Below are positions 9,984 to 19,842 of a DNA stretch of 64,000 nt, piece by piece. This DNA comes from an uncultured bacterium (lineage in GTDB: Bacteria > Oederibacteriota > Oederibacteriia > Oederibacteriales > Oederibacteriaceae): positions 1,216,001 to 1,280,000 of the forward strand of contig OZ218778.1 of NCBI GenBank assembly GCA_965112635.1, written 5' to 3'. Numbering within the stretch: the first letter of the stretch is position 1; every line of letters begins with the position of its first letter. Under the pieces are notes generated by a model. It was not told where the DNA came from. It did no database searches and worked only from the letters and a program-made list of their open reading frames with translations. Position numbers and translations under genes: made by a program.

Positions 9984-10637
9984 GTGGAAATCTGGGATAT
10001 CTTCGTCAGGATGGTCGTGGCACTGGTGTTGTGCGGCATCATCGGGTTTGAAAGGGAGTTTTCCCACAAGTCCGCGGGTTTCAGGACCCATATCCTGGTG
10101 GGCATGGGCTCAGCCCTGTTCGTGGTCTGCTCCATCTGGATCTCGGACGCTTTTCCCGCCAAAGGGGTGGACCCTTCCCGCATCGCGGCGCAGGTCGTGA
10201 CCGGCATCGGTTTTCTGGGAGCCGGGGCCATCATGCACTCCGGGTTCTCGGTGCTGGGGCTGACCACCGCGGCGTCCCTCTGGATGGTCGCGGGCGTGGG
10301 CATGGCCGCGGGCATGGGGTTTTACCCTGGAGCGGTCATCGGAACCGCTCTTTCTCTGTTGACCCTGATCCTGTTGAACTATCTGGACGTGTTCCTGCGC
10401 CGGTATGATTTCATCCAGGTCAGCGTTAACATCACCGCGGATAAGGACGCTTTCTCCAAGATCGAGCAGGAGATCAACCGGATGAGACTGATGCTGAGCG
10501 AATACACCCTTACCGAACAGGGAAAGGACAGGGGAGAGGTCGTGGTCAAGATCAAGGACATCCCCCAGTCCAAGGCCAGGGAGTTCATGGACACCCTGTG
10601 GGAAATCCCGGGGGTCAAGCGGATAGAAATGGTCTGA
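9984..10637 (+). CDS. MgtC/SapB family membrane protein
   Basis: IGFERE...AGFRTH, DPSRIAAQVVTGIGFLGAGAI, GLTTAASLW. Confidence 0.93.
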   Translation: MEIWDIFVRMVVALVLCGIIGFEREFSHKSAGFRTHILVGMGSALFVVCSIWISDAFPAKGVDPSRIAAQVVTGIGFLGAGAIMHSGFSVLGLTTAASLWMVAGVGMAAGMGFYPGAVIGTALSLLTLILLNYLDVFLRRYDFIQVSVNITADKDAFSKIEQEINRMRLMLSEYTLTEQGKDRGEVVVKIKDIPQSKAREFMDTLWEIPGVKRIEMV

Positions 10638-10677
10638 ACGTTTTGTTTTTCGCCAGCTTGAAAAATCCGTAAAAGAG

Positions 10678-10708
10678 TTGACAGGATCAACGCTTTTTAA
10701 ACTATAAT
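10678..10708 (+). promoter_or_regulatory. Putative sigma70-type promoter (TTGACA-N19-TATAAT) of the HD-GYP gene
   Basis: Consensus hexamers at 10678-10683 and 10703-10708; spacer longer than optimal. Confidence 0.5.
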
Positions 10709-10748
10709 ATTAGGGAATCATGAAATTGTCAGTTTAGGGGAAAAGCTG

Positions 10749-13514
10749 ATGAAAATCCAAGCAGGGCGCCATGGTTTTGATATATCTCTGATGAAGCCGG
10801 ATAATGTCGGGCTTTATCAGCAGCACGTGAGCAGCTTCCAGGAGACTTTCAGCACCTTGTCCAAACTTTTTTACTGCGATTGTTCGGTTTTTTATATTTT
10901 TGACGAGAAGAAGGGCCAGCTGGAAAGGGTTTGCGATTACCGCCGGCCTGGTTATAAAGGCAGCATCAAATTGCCCTCCCGCATCCCCCTGAAGGATAAG
11001 CAGTCGCCCGTGGCCTGGGTCAGCCGCACCAAAAAACCCTTGACCGCAGTCAAAAAACTCGGAAAAAAACCAAAAGACAAACCTTATTTTTCTTCCAACC
11101 TTCTCAAAAACGTTTTCCTTCCAGTCATTTCGGAAAAACATTTGATCGGAGTGCTGGTCGTGGATAACCAGATGGCCAGGGAAAAGTTCAACGGCCGGGA
11201 AGAGCATTTTCTCAATATTTTCACTGGAGGGCTGGGGAGGACCCTGGGCGGCTACAGCATGCTCCAACAAATGGCTGCTACGCTCAACATGGAAAAACAG
11301 CAGTTGGAAAAAGCCAACGAGCAGCTCAGCCAGCATAACGTATACCTCTATGCCCTGTACGAGGTCAACCGGTTGATCAGCCATTCGGGCAGCACGGATG
11401 AGATCTTTGACATCATCCTGAAGCACGCCATGCGGATCGCTCCGGGTGGAAGCGGGGTTTTGACCCTTATTAAGGGCGACGGCGTTGAGAGGGAGATCAG
11501 AGCAACCAAAGACCACTCGCCGGCCTTGCTTCGCATCGTGGAAAAGCAGATCAAGACCCATGGCTGGATCGTCAGAGAACTGGACCGGACCAAGGCCGTT
11601 TATTTCAATAACCAGCATCCCAGCGAGGCATACCCGGGCCGCAAGGTATCCCTCATTGTGGCCCCGTTCCTGCTCCATAACGTCAGGCTGGGTTCGATCG
11701 TGATCTGGCACCCCAAGCCGAACTTTTTCACTCCAGAACACGTTGATTTCCTCAGCGCTTTGGCCGGATTGGCGGTCAATGTGTTCAGGGAAAGAGAGAT
11801 GGTCGGGGCCCTGCAGGTCACCCGTATGGAAAAAGAAAGGCGCATCAGGGAGCTAAAATCTTTGAGCGACCTGGCCAAGCTGTTCCTGACCCCATCTTTG
11901 CCCGAAGAGACATTGTTGACGGAGGCGGTCAAGGCCATCCGCAAGGGTTTGGATTACGACCGGGTCGGCCTATTCTTGATCGATGAAGACAAAGGATTGC
12001 TGTCAGGAAAGATGGGGTTGGATAATCTGGGTGCTGTCGATAAGATCTATGGACTCCATTTTCCTTTAAAACCAAACTATTCTGTTTTAGTTGAAGTGGC
12101 TCTGGGCAAATTACCCTTTTATTTCACTGAAGATTATACCCGGGATACCCGGGTGAACAAAGATTTGATCCCTAAATTTCCTAGTGAGTTAAAGGGGTTC
12201 ATTGTCGTTCCTCTCAAGACCAAGACAAAGATACTGGGAATCTTGTGTATGGACAATTTAGATACCAGTAGGCCGCTCTCAGAAAAAGACATCCCGGACT
12301 GCCTGACCTTTGCCTCGCAAGTGGCCATTGCCATGCAAAATGTCATCTTGGATAAAAAAAGGGAAGAGCTATCCAAGATTAACGACCAAAAAGTAAAACA
12401 GCTCAGCACCCTGCAGCAGACCATACGGCGCCTGGGGGAGCCCTTGAACGAGGAAGAAGTGATGCGGGAGCTTTACAAGGGTATCCGGGAGGGGCTGGAG
12501 ATCGACCGATGCCAGATCTATCTCATCAACGAAAAGACCAAAACCTGCGAAGGGACTGCTTTTGGCACGGACCGCCTGGGAAAAACGACGGACTTGCGCG
12601 GTTTTCAAGCGCCGTTGGAGAGCGACAAGAGGATCTTCGGGGAGATCTTCAGGCAAGAAATATCACATTTTTACAGCAAGGACGTGCGGACCGCGCCCCT
12701 TTACTGCGACCGATTCGCTTTTGATCCCGGCGTCAAGGAGACCGCGGTTTTCCCCTTGAAAGGCAAGAAAAAAGTCATTGGTTTGATCGCGGTGGACAAC
12801 CTCCTTTCCGGAAAACCTTTGACCCGGGAACTGCTGGATTCCCTTTCGGCATTGATCGTCGACGCGGCCCAGGCCCTGGAACATGTCCGTATCTACGTGA
12901 CCCTGAAGCAGTCCTATTTTGAATCAATCCGGGCTTTCAGTTATGCCATCGACGCCAAGGACCATTATAATGTCGGCCATTCGGACAAGGTCGGCAACAT
13001 TGCCGTCGCCATTGCCAAAGAGCTGCAGCTATCGCCCCAACAGCGGGAAGACATCCAGTACGGCGCCATCCTGCATGACGTGGGCAAGATCGGCATCGAC
13101 GAAAAAATATTGAACAAACCTTCCCGGCTCGATAAGGAAGAATATGAAGTGATCAAGGAACATCCCGCCTTGGGGGTCAATATCGTGCGGCCCATTGAAG
13201 CTCTGGGCCATCTGCTGCCGATCGTCCGGCACCATCACGAATGGTATAACGGCACGGGATACCCGGACCGCCTCAAAAAGGAACAGATCCCTCTGGGGGC
13301 GCGCATCGTCGGGGTCGCGGATGCCTTTGACAGCATGATCTCGGATAGGCCTTACCGCAAAAGCCTGGGCCTGACGCAGGCCATGGCGGAGCTCAAGAAA
13401 TTCAGAAGCATCCAGTTCGATCCCCAGGTGGTGGACGCACTGATGAAGATCCTGCAAAGACACCTGTCCCGGCATCCGGGCGAAGAGCTGAGTCTGGAAA
13501 ATCTGTTCTCATAA
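10749..13514 (+). CDS. Multi-GAF sensor with C-terminal HD-GYP cyclic dinucleotide phosphodiesterase
   Basis: About four GAF-like units (e.g. VPLKTKTKILGILCMDN); C-terminal DAKDHYNVGHS, LHDVGKIG, HHEWYNGTGYP, ADAFDSM. Confidence 0.9.
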   Translation: MKIQAGRHGFDISLMKPDNVGLYQQHVSSFQETFSTLSKLFYCDCSVFYIFDEKKGQLERVCDYRRPGYKGSIKLPSRIPLKDKQSPVAWVSRTKKPLTAVKKLGKKPKDKPYFSSNLLKNVFLPVISEKHLIGVLVVDNQMAREKFNGREEHFLNIFTGGLGRTLGGYSMLQQMAATLNMEKQQLEKANEQLSQHNVYLYALYEVNRLISHSGSTDEIFDIILKHAMRIAPGGSGVLTLIKGDGVEREIRATKDHSPALLRIVEKQIKTHGWIVRELDRTKAVYFNNQHPSEAYPGRKVSLIVAPFLLHNVRLGSIVIWHPKPNFFTPEHVDFLSALAGLAVNVFREREMVGALQVTRMEKERRIRELKSLSDLAKLFLTPSLPEETLLTEAVKAIRKGLDYDRVGLFLIDEDKGLLSGKMGLDNLGAVDKIYGLHFPLKPNYSVLVEVALGKLPFYFTEDYTRDTRVNKDLIPKFPSELKGFIVVPLKTKTKILGILCMDNLDTSRPLSEKDIPDCLTFASQVAIAMQNVILDKKREELSKINDQKVKQLSTLQQTIRRLGEPLNEEEVMRELYKGIREGLEIDRCQIYLINEKTKTCEGTAFGTDRLGKTTDLRGFQAPLESDKRIFGEIFRQEISHFYSKDVRTAPLYCDRFAFDPGVKETAVFPLKGKKKVIGLIAVDNLLSGKPLTRELLDSLSALIVDAAQALEHVRIYVTLKQSYFESIRAFSYAIDAKDHYNVGHSDKVGNIAVAIAKELQLSPQQREDIQYGAILHDVGKIGIDEKILNKPSRLDKEEYEVIKEHPALGVNIVRPIEALGHLLPIVRHHHEWYNGTGYPDRLKKEQIPLGARIVGVADAFDSMISDRPYRKSLGLTQAMAELKKFRSIQFDPQVVDALMKILQRHLSRHPGEELSLENLFS

Positions 13515-13560
13515 ATCAAGGGCCATGATCCTCGTCCCGTGCGTCAGGGAGCAGGCTGGC

Positions 13561-13590
13561 AAGCTACCATCCAGTATGGTAGCTTTTTTT
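13561..13590 (+). terminator. Rho-independent terminator
   Basis: AAGCTACCAT-ccagt-ATGGTAGCTT followed by T tract. Confidence 0.8.
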
Positions 13591-13648
13591 ATAATCGTCC
13601 CAGAAGTCATCCGTTTCGATCAAAGGACCGAAAGAGAGGTAAGCTTTT

Positions 13649-14305
13649 TTGCGGAAGTGGACCAATGCCCTAATCGGCGTGTTGCTGATCCCCATCAGCC
13701 TGACCATGGCCTACACCTTTTGCCGCCTGATGTGGGACCTGCCCTGGCTCAAGCTCCCTCTCCTGCCTTTTGCCCTGGGGTTTCTCGTCTACGGGGTCGT
13801 CCATGCCATTTTTTATAAACCGGTGTTCATGCACGTCATGGGACACGAGCTCACCCACGCCCTTTGGGCGTTCTTTTTCGGCGGCAACGTCAAATCCCTG
13901 CAGATCACCCCGCAAGGCGGCAAGGTCATCGTCAACCGCTCCAATTTTTTGATCATCCTGGCCCCTTATTTTTTTCCCCTTTACACCTGCCTCCTCCTGC
14001 CTGTCTACGCCGTGGCCAAGGAAAGTTTCGCTCCCTACGTAGTATTCCTCCTAGGGGCTTCCATCGCCTTCCATCTGATCCTGACCGCCTACTCGCTCTG
14101 GCTCAACCAGTCGGACGTCCAGGCGGTGGGGTTCCTGCTTTCCCTGAACATTATCCTTATCATCAATCTGCTGATCCTTACCTTATTGGTGTCCTATATC
14201 GCCCCGGCCGCTTATCCCTATGGCCAATTTTGGATCTCCCTCTGGCAGGATCTGGGCCAGGGGTTTTGGTGGTGCGTCAATATGTTCAAGGGGGCGAGAA
14301 CTTGA
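13649..14305 (+). CDS. Membrane protein with HExxH motif (peptidase M50B-like)
   Basis: TTG start after GAGAGG; several TM helices; GHELTHA and LAPYFFP motifs. Confidence 0.7.
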   Translation: MRKWTNALIGVLLIPISLTMAYTFCRLMWDLPWLKLPLLPFALGFLVYGVVHAIFYKPVFMHVMGHELTHALWAFFFGGNVKSLQITPQGGKVIVNRSNFLIILAPYFFPLYTCLLLPVYAVAKESFAPYVVFLLGASIAFHLILTAYSLWLNQSDVQAVGFLLSLNIILIINLLILTLLVSYIAPAAYPYGQFWISLWQDLGQGFWWCVNMFKGART

Positions 14306-15123
14306 ACAGGCTCCGCGTATTCCTAGCGCTGGTAGGGGTGGTTTTTTTCTTGTGGGTCCGGGTCCAGGGAGCCACGCCCGCGGTTTTCAGCCACGGGCTG
14401 AGGGGCAGACCCGAGGTCGCCCTGACCTTTGATGACGGGCCGCACCCGCTTTATACGCCCCTGCTTTTGGAGATCCTGAGGCAGCACCAGGCAAGAGCCA
14501 CCTTTTTTGTCGTGGGCAAAAGGGTCAAGCAGTACCCTGGGCTTTTGGACCGTATCACCAGGGAGGACCAGGAGCTGGGCAACCATTCTTTCAGCCACAC
14601 GGATATGCGCAGCCTGACCAGGGAGGAGGTCTCCCGGGAGTTGAGCCGTACTTCGGCTCTGACCGAAGGCTGGGCCGGGGTCAAGCTCCATTTGTTCAGG
14701 CCTCCGGGCGGCCAATATAATGGAAAGGTCATGGAGTGCGCCCGACGCCAGGGCTATACCATGGTATTGTGGACCCTCAATCCCGCGGATTGGAAAATGC
14801 CCCAGGACAAGATCCTTGAAAAGATAGAAAATACGGTCAGGGGCGGGGACATCATCTTGCTCCACGACGGAGCGATCGAGACCATCAAGGCCCTTCCGGA
14901 AATTTTGAGCATCCTTAAAACCAAAGGCCTGAATTGCGTGACCGTGGGCTGGATGATCCAGAAATGGGAAGAACAACGGTCAGCCAGCCAAACCAAACAG
15001 GAAGCGGCCCAAATAAAAAAGGAGCTTCAGGGCAAGTATAAGGACGGTCATCCTGTTGTAAAATCAGACAAGCCCGACAAAGGGGCCTTGGAGATCTACC
15101 ATAACATTGAACAAGACCGTTAA
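14302..15123 (+). CDS. Polysaccharide deacetylase (CE4/NodB)
   Basis: TTG start overlapping previous stop; ALTFDDGP, GNHSFSH, FRPPGG, DW, IILLHD. Confidence 0.9.
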   Translation: MNRLRVFLALVGVVFFLWVRVQGATPAVFSHGLRGRPEVALTFDDGPHPLYTPLLLEILRQHQARATFFVVGKRVKQYPGLLDRITREDQELGNHSFSHTDMRSLTREEVSRELSRTSALTEGWAGVKLHLFRPPGGQYNGKVMECARRQGYTMVLWTLNPADWKMPQDKILEKIENTVRGGDIILLHDGAIETIKALPEILSILKTKGLNCVTVGWMIQKWEEQRSASQTKQEAAQIKKELQGKYKDGHPVVKSDKPDKGALEIYHNIEQDR

Positions 15124-15136
15124 AAGGAGAAGCACC

Positions 15137-16105
15137 GTGAAACACAAAATATGCCTTGCTTTGACCATGGGCGACCCGAAGGGGATTGGGCCTGAAGTGC
15201 TGGTCAAGGCCCTTGGTTACCACAGGTATCCGGGTACCCGACTTCTAGGCGTAGGAGACCCGAAAGTTTTCCAAAGAGCCCTTAGGCCTCTGAAGGGCGG
15301 AAAAAGACTAAGATTAAAGATCGTTTGTTGCCCTGAGCAAGCCGGGGCCGACCCTTCCAAGCTCTGGGTTTACCCTGAATCTGACGCTTTGGGATGCGTC
15401 AGGCTGGCCGGAGAGTGGGCTTTGGCGGGCAGGGTGCAGGGCATTGTCACGGCACCCCTCTATAAAAAAGCTTTCCGGAGTTTTCCCGGCCATACGGAGT
15501 ACCTGGCCCATTTGGCCGGGGTTAAACGGGTGGTCATGATGTTGGTGGGCGGGGGACTCAGGGTGGCTCTGGTCACCACGCATCTGCCGTTTCGCAAGAT
15601 CCTCAACGCCCTGAACCCCGGAACCATCCTGGAGACGGTCAAGATCACGGGGCTGAGCTTGCAGCGGTTTTTCGGGCTCCCCCGGCCGCGGATCGCGTTG
15701 GCCAGTTTAAACCCACACGCGGGCGAGGGTGGGCTACTCGGAGATGAAGAGAAAAAACTTTTTCCACAGGTCCTGAAAAGATCCAAGCTGTTCAGGGGCC
15801 TGCAAGTCACCGGCCCATACCCTCCGGATGTCGTGTTCTTCCAGGCCCTGCAAGGGCGGTTCGACGCCGTGGTGGCCCTGTATCACGACCAAGGGCTTAT
15901 CGCTTTGAAGACCATTGCTTTTAACAGCGGGGTCAATGTCACCCTGGGGCTTCCTTTCATCCGGACCTCACCGGACCACGGGACTGCGAGGGAAATAGCC
16001 TGGAAAAATATAGCGGATTATGAGAGTATGAACCAAGCCATTCTGCTTGCTGTGGACATGGCAATCAAACAAAGGGAGGATAGTCATGATCATAGGTGTT
16101 CCTAA
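15137..16105 (+). CDS. pdxA: 4-hydroxythreonine-4-phosphate dehydrogenase
   Basis: GTG after AGGAG; TMGDPKGIGPE, GHTEYLA, LNPHAGE, YHDQG, IRTSPDHGTA. Confidence 0.93.
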   Translation: MKHKICLALTMGDPKGIGPEVLVKALGYHRYPGTRLLGVGDPKVFQRALRPLKGGKRLRLKIVCCPEQAGADPSKLWVYPESDALGCVRLAGEWALAGRVQGIVTAPLYKKAFRSFPGHTEYLAHLAGVKRVVMMLVGGGLRVALVTTHLPFRKILNALNPGTILETVKITGLSLQRFFGLPRPRIALASLNPHAGEGGLLGDEEKKLFPQVLKRSKLFRGLQVTGPYPPDVVFFQALQGRFDAVVALYHDQGLIALKTIAFNSGVNVTLGLPFIRTSPDHGTAREIAWKNIADYESMNQAILLAVDMAIKQREDSHDHRCS

Positions 16106-17213
16106 AGAAATAAAAACCCACGAATACCGGGTGGCTGTGGTGCCCGCGGGCGTGGAAACGCTGGTCCGCCACGGGCATAAAGTGATGATCCAGAAAGGGG
16201 CGGGAGTGGGCATCGGTGTCAGCGACCATACCTATGCCAAGGCCGGAGCCGTTATCGTGGCCAACCCTAAGGATATTTTCAAAAAAGCCGAAATGATCGT
16301 CAAGGTCAAAGAGCCGCAATCATCCGAATACAATCTTTTGAGACCGGGCCAAATCGTTATCACCTATTTCCACTACGCTTCAGGCAAAGAGCTGACTATG
16401 GCCATGATTCGCCGGCGCATCGTCTCCATCGCCTACGAGACCATCCAGACCGAGGATGGAGGGCTGCCCTGCCTTACCCCGATGAGTGAAGTGGCCGGAA
16501 AATTGGCCGTGCAGGAAGGCGCCAAATATCTCGAGAAGCCCATGCTGGGCAAAGGTCTGCTTTTGGGCGGCGTGCCCGGAGTGCCGCCGTGCAAGGTCGT
16601 TATCTTGGGCGGGGGAGTTTCGGGGACCCATTGCGCCAAAGTAGCGGCCGGAATGGGGGCCAGGGTGGTGATCATGGACATCAATGTGGACCGTTTGCGT
16701 TATTTGGATGACATCATGCCTCCGAACGTTTCCACCCTTTTCTCCAATCCCCATAACATCCGCCAGCAGATCAAAGACGCCGACCTTCTGGTCGGCTGCG
16801 TGCTGATCAAAGGGGATCGGGCCCCGGTCCTGGTGACCAAGGAAATGATCAAGACCATGACCCCGGGTTCGGTCATCGTGGACGTGGCCATCGACCAGGG
16901 CGGATGCATCGAGACGAGCCGTCCGACCACGCACACCAACCCCACTTACACCGTCTCCGGGGTGGTGCACTACTGCGTGGCCAACATGCCGGGAGCCGTG
17001 GCCGGGACCTCCACCTATGCCCTGACCAATGTCACCCTGCCGTATGTCCTGGAAGTGGCCAATAAAGGTTATGAAAAGGCCATCCATGACAACGCGGCCC
17101 TGGCCTGCGGGGTCAATATGATCGACGGGATGATCACTCTTCCGGAAGTCGCGCAGTTCTACAAGCTGAAATATACTCCGCTGGAAGAGGCGCTGGCCAG
17201 CAAAAGGTTTTAA
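16086..17213 (+). CDS. ald: Alanine dehydrogenase
   Basis: MIIGVPKEIK, VKVKEP, PMSEVAG, DVAIDQGGCIET, YCVANMPGAV. Confidence 0.96.
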   Translation: MIIGVPKEIKTHEYRVAVVPAGVETLVRHGHKVMIQKGAGVGIGVSDHTYAKAGAVIVANPKDIFKKAEMIVKVKEPQSSEYNLLRPGQIVITYFHYASGKELTMAMIRRRIVSIAYETIQTEDGGLPCLTPMSEVAGKLAVQEGAKYLEKPMLGKGLLLGGVPGVPPCKVVILGGGVSGTHCAKVAAGMGARVVIMDINVDRLRYLDDIMPPNVSTLFSNPHNIRQQIKDADLLVGCVLIKGDRAPVLVTKEMIKTMTPGSVIVDVAIDQGGCIETSRPTTHTNPTYTVSGVVHYCVANMPGAVAGTSTYALTNVTLPYVLEVANKGYEKAIHDNAALACGVNMIDGMITLPEVAQFYKLKYTPLEEALASKRF

Positions 17214-17229
17214 TTCACAGATGTCCGTT

Positions 17230-17265
17230 GAACAGCCCTGGACAAAAACCAGGGCTGTTCTTTTT
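17230..17265 (+). terminator. Rho-independent terminator after ald
   Basis: GAACAGCCCTGG-acaaaaa-CCAGGGCTGTTC-TTTTT. Confidence 0.88.
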
Positions 17266-17307
17266 AAATCGTACATTGCAGTCATTCTTCATTGAAGGAG
17301 GGTTCGG

Positions 17308-19803
17308 ATGAGTTTCCAGTACGATGCGGGGTTGAATAAAAAGGTGGCCAAACTGCTGAGCAAAATGACGCTCAAAGAAAAGGTATCCCTGCTTTCAGGC
17401 AAAGACCTTTACGCCACAGTGCCCATCCCCAGGCTGGGCGTGTCGCCCCTCATTGTTACGGACGGTCCCCACGGGGTCCGGGCCTTTTACCTCGACTACA
17501 ACGGGCAGACCACGGGCCGTAAAAGCGGCCAGGCAACCCTTTTTCCGACGGGTTTTTCCATGGCCGCCACCTGGAACCCCCAGCTCGTCGGCAAGGCCAG
17601 CAGCGCCATGGCCGAGGAAACCCGCGCTCTCGGTTGCGACATCCTTTTGGGTCCTTGCATCAACATCGTGCGGGTCCCTGGATGGGGACGCAATTTTGAA
17701 TCCATGGCCGAGGACCCGTTCCTGGCCGGCCGCGTCGGTGTGGAGTGGGTCAAGTCGCTCCAGGCCAAAGGAGTCGGCGCTTCGGTCAAGCACTACGCCT
17801 GCAACAACCAGGAACTGAACCGGTTCAAGGTCGATGTCCGGATCGACGAGAGGACTATGCGCGAGATCTACCTGCCCCATTTCGAGGCGGTCGTCAAGGA
17901 AGCCAATCCGGCCACCGTGATGTGTTCCTACAACCGGGTTAACGGTTACTACAGCAGCCAGAACCATTTCCTGCTCACCCAGGTCCTCAAGGAGGAATGG
18001 GGGTTCCAGGGGCTGGTGATTTCTGACTGGGGAGCCAACCACGCTACGGTTGAGTCCATGGAGCACGGCCTGGACCTGGAAATGCCCGGACCCGCCAAAT
18101 ATTACGGCAACCTTCTGGAGGAGGCCGTAGAGAACTGGCAAATCGAGGTCGAAAAGATCGACGAAGCGGCCCGACGCGTGTTGAAAGTCATTCTGGCCCT
18201 GGAACGCAACAGGAGGGGCAAGTGGAAAGCCAACACCACGTCCCATCAGGCCATCGGCCGCAAGGTCGCCGACGAAGCCGTCATCCTTTTAAAGAACGAA
18301 CGCCAGATCCTGCCCCTGGAACCCAAAAAACTGAATTCCCTGGCTGTTATCGGCCCCAATGCCGATGACTGCGTCTGTGGCGGCGGCAGCAGCTGGGTCT
18401 GCAGCCCCTACCGCAAAACCTTGCTGGGAGCTTTGAAAAAGAAGCTGCCCCGATCCCTCAAGATCGTGCAGAAAACAGGATGCCCCAATTCCGAAGAGCC
18501 ATCCATGCCTATCAGTTGCTTCAAACCCGAGAAGGCCTCCGGGCCCTCTACCGTGGGCCTGACCGCCCGTTTCTATAGCAGTCTGGGCTTCAAAGGGAAG
18601 CCTGTGGAAACCCGCGTGGACAGGCTCGTTGATTACTGGGGGTCCCCGGTCGACGACATCGGCCTCGTTTACAGTTCGCGTTACACCGGCACTTTGACGG
18701 TGCCCGAAGAGGGATGGTATACCTTCAAGCTCACCGGCCGAGGGAGCCTGGGGTTGTGGGTGGACGGGAAACGGCTGATCTCCTGCAGTATCCCCGACCC
18801 CAAAAAGAACGATAATTCCGAGCGAGCCGGCCAAGTGGTGCTCCGCCTGCAAGAAGGACGCGGTTATCGCGTCCGCATTGAACATCAGCATACTCCCGGG
18901 GATGTCATCCATTCCTTGACTTTTGGCGTCAGCCTTTCTTCCAAAACAGGATATGACCAGGAGATCCAGCACGCCGTAGAAGCGGCCGCAGGGTGCGACA
19001 TAGCCGTGGTCTGCGTCGGGCTTAGAGAAGGTTACGAGTCAGAGGGAAGGGACCGGGAAAATATCAAGCTCATGGGCGAGCAAGACAGGTTGGTTTCCGC
19101 CGTAGCTGACGCTAACCCCCGCACCATCGTGGTGGTCAACGCGGGCGCGCCGGTGGAGATGCCCTGGGCGGACGAGGTCCAGGCCATCGTGTGGGCCGGT
19201 TACGCGGGACAGGACATGGGCGACGCCGTAGCGGATATTTTGCTGGGCTTGGTCAATCCCTCCGGCAAGCTCCCCATCACGCTCCCCAAAAAGCTGGAAG
19301 ACAACCCTTCCTATGGGAATTATCCAGGAACAAGGAGGGTCGTATACGGGGAAGGGGTCTTCGTGGGTTACCGCTGGTATGACGCTAAAAAAGTCGAACC
19401 TTTGTTCTGTTTCGGGCACGGCCTTTCCTACACCACCTTTGAATACAGCGGTTTAAAGTTACCCAGGACCGTGAAGATAGGCAGGGACGGCCTGGCCCAA
19501 GCGGCCGTCGTCTCCATGTCCGTCAAGAACACAGGATCCAAGGCGGGAGCCGAGACCGTGCAGGTCTATGTGGGAGACCCGGCAGCCAGCGTCAGCAGGC
19601 CGGTGAGGGAGCTCAAAGGTTTTACCAAGGTTTACCTGAAACCCGGGCAGTCCCGCAGGTTGAGCTTTAAACTGGACCACCGCGCTTTGGCCTTTTTCCA
19701 TCCGGAAAAAAAGCGCTGGACCGTGGAGCCGGGAGAGTTCGTCGTCGAGGCCGGAGCCTCTTCCAGGGACATCCGCCTCAAAGGTTCTTTCAAGGCGCTT
19801 TGA
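17308..19803 (+). CDS. GH3 beta-glucosidase with PA14 insertion and Fn3-like C-terminal domain (cytoplasmic)
   Basis: TDGPHGVR, GRNFESMAEDP, KHYACN, ISDWG nucleophile, GYRWYD, FGHGLSYTTF, RELKGF. Confidence 0.92.
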   Translation: MSFQYDAGLNKKVAKLLSKMTLKEKVSLLSGKDLYATVPIPRLGVSPLIVTDGPHGVRAFYLDYNGQTTGRKSGQATLFPTGFSMAATWNPQLVGKASSAMAEETRALGCDILLGPCINIVRVPGWGRNFESMAEDPFLAGRVGVEWVKSLQAKGVGASVKHYACNNQELNRFKVDVRIDERTMREIYLPHFEAVVKEANPATVMCSYNRVNGYYSSQNHFLLTQVLKEEWGFQGLVISDWGANHATVESMEHGLDLEMPGPAKYYGNLLEEAVENWQIEVEKIDEAARRVLKVILALERNRRGKWKANTTSHQAIGRKVADEAVILLKNERQILPLEPKKLNSLAVIGPNADDCVCGGGSSWVCSPYRKTLLGALKKKLPRSLKIVQKTGCPNSEEPSMPISCFKPEKASGPSTVGLTARFYSSLGFKGKPVETRVDRLVDYWGSPVDDIGLVYSSRYTGTLTVPEEGWYTFKLTGRGSLGLWVDGKRLISCSIPDPKKNDNSERAGQVVLRLQEGRGYRVRIEHQHTPGDVIHSLTFGVSLSSKTGYDQEIQHAVEAAAGCDIAVVCVGLREGYESEGRDRENIKLMGEQDRLVSAVADANPRTIVVVNAGAPVEMPWADEVQAIVWAGYAGQDMGDAVADILLGLVNPSGKLPITLPKKLEDNPSYGNYPGTRRVVYGEGVFVGYRWYDAKKVEPLFCFGHGLSYTTFEYSGLKLPRTVKIGRDGLAQAAVVSMSVKNTGSKAGAETVQVYVGDPAASVSRPVRELKGFTKVYLKPGQSRRLSFKLDHRALAFFHPEKKRWTVEPGEFVVEAGASSRDIRLKGSFKAL

Positions 19804-19842
19804 ACGTTTTGTATCATCGGCTGAGCCGAGGAGGAGAGTAGC

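Noticed and set aside
13864-14301. N-terminal extension of the CE4 deacetylase in the ORF track (likewise 28766-29203 for ruvX)
   Set aside because: Overlaps the upstream gene out of frame; better starts exist at 14302 and 29204.
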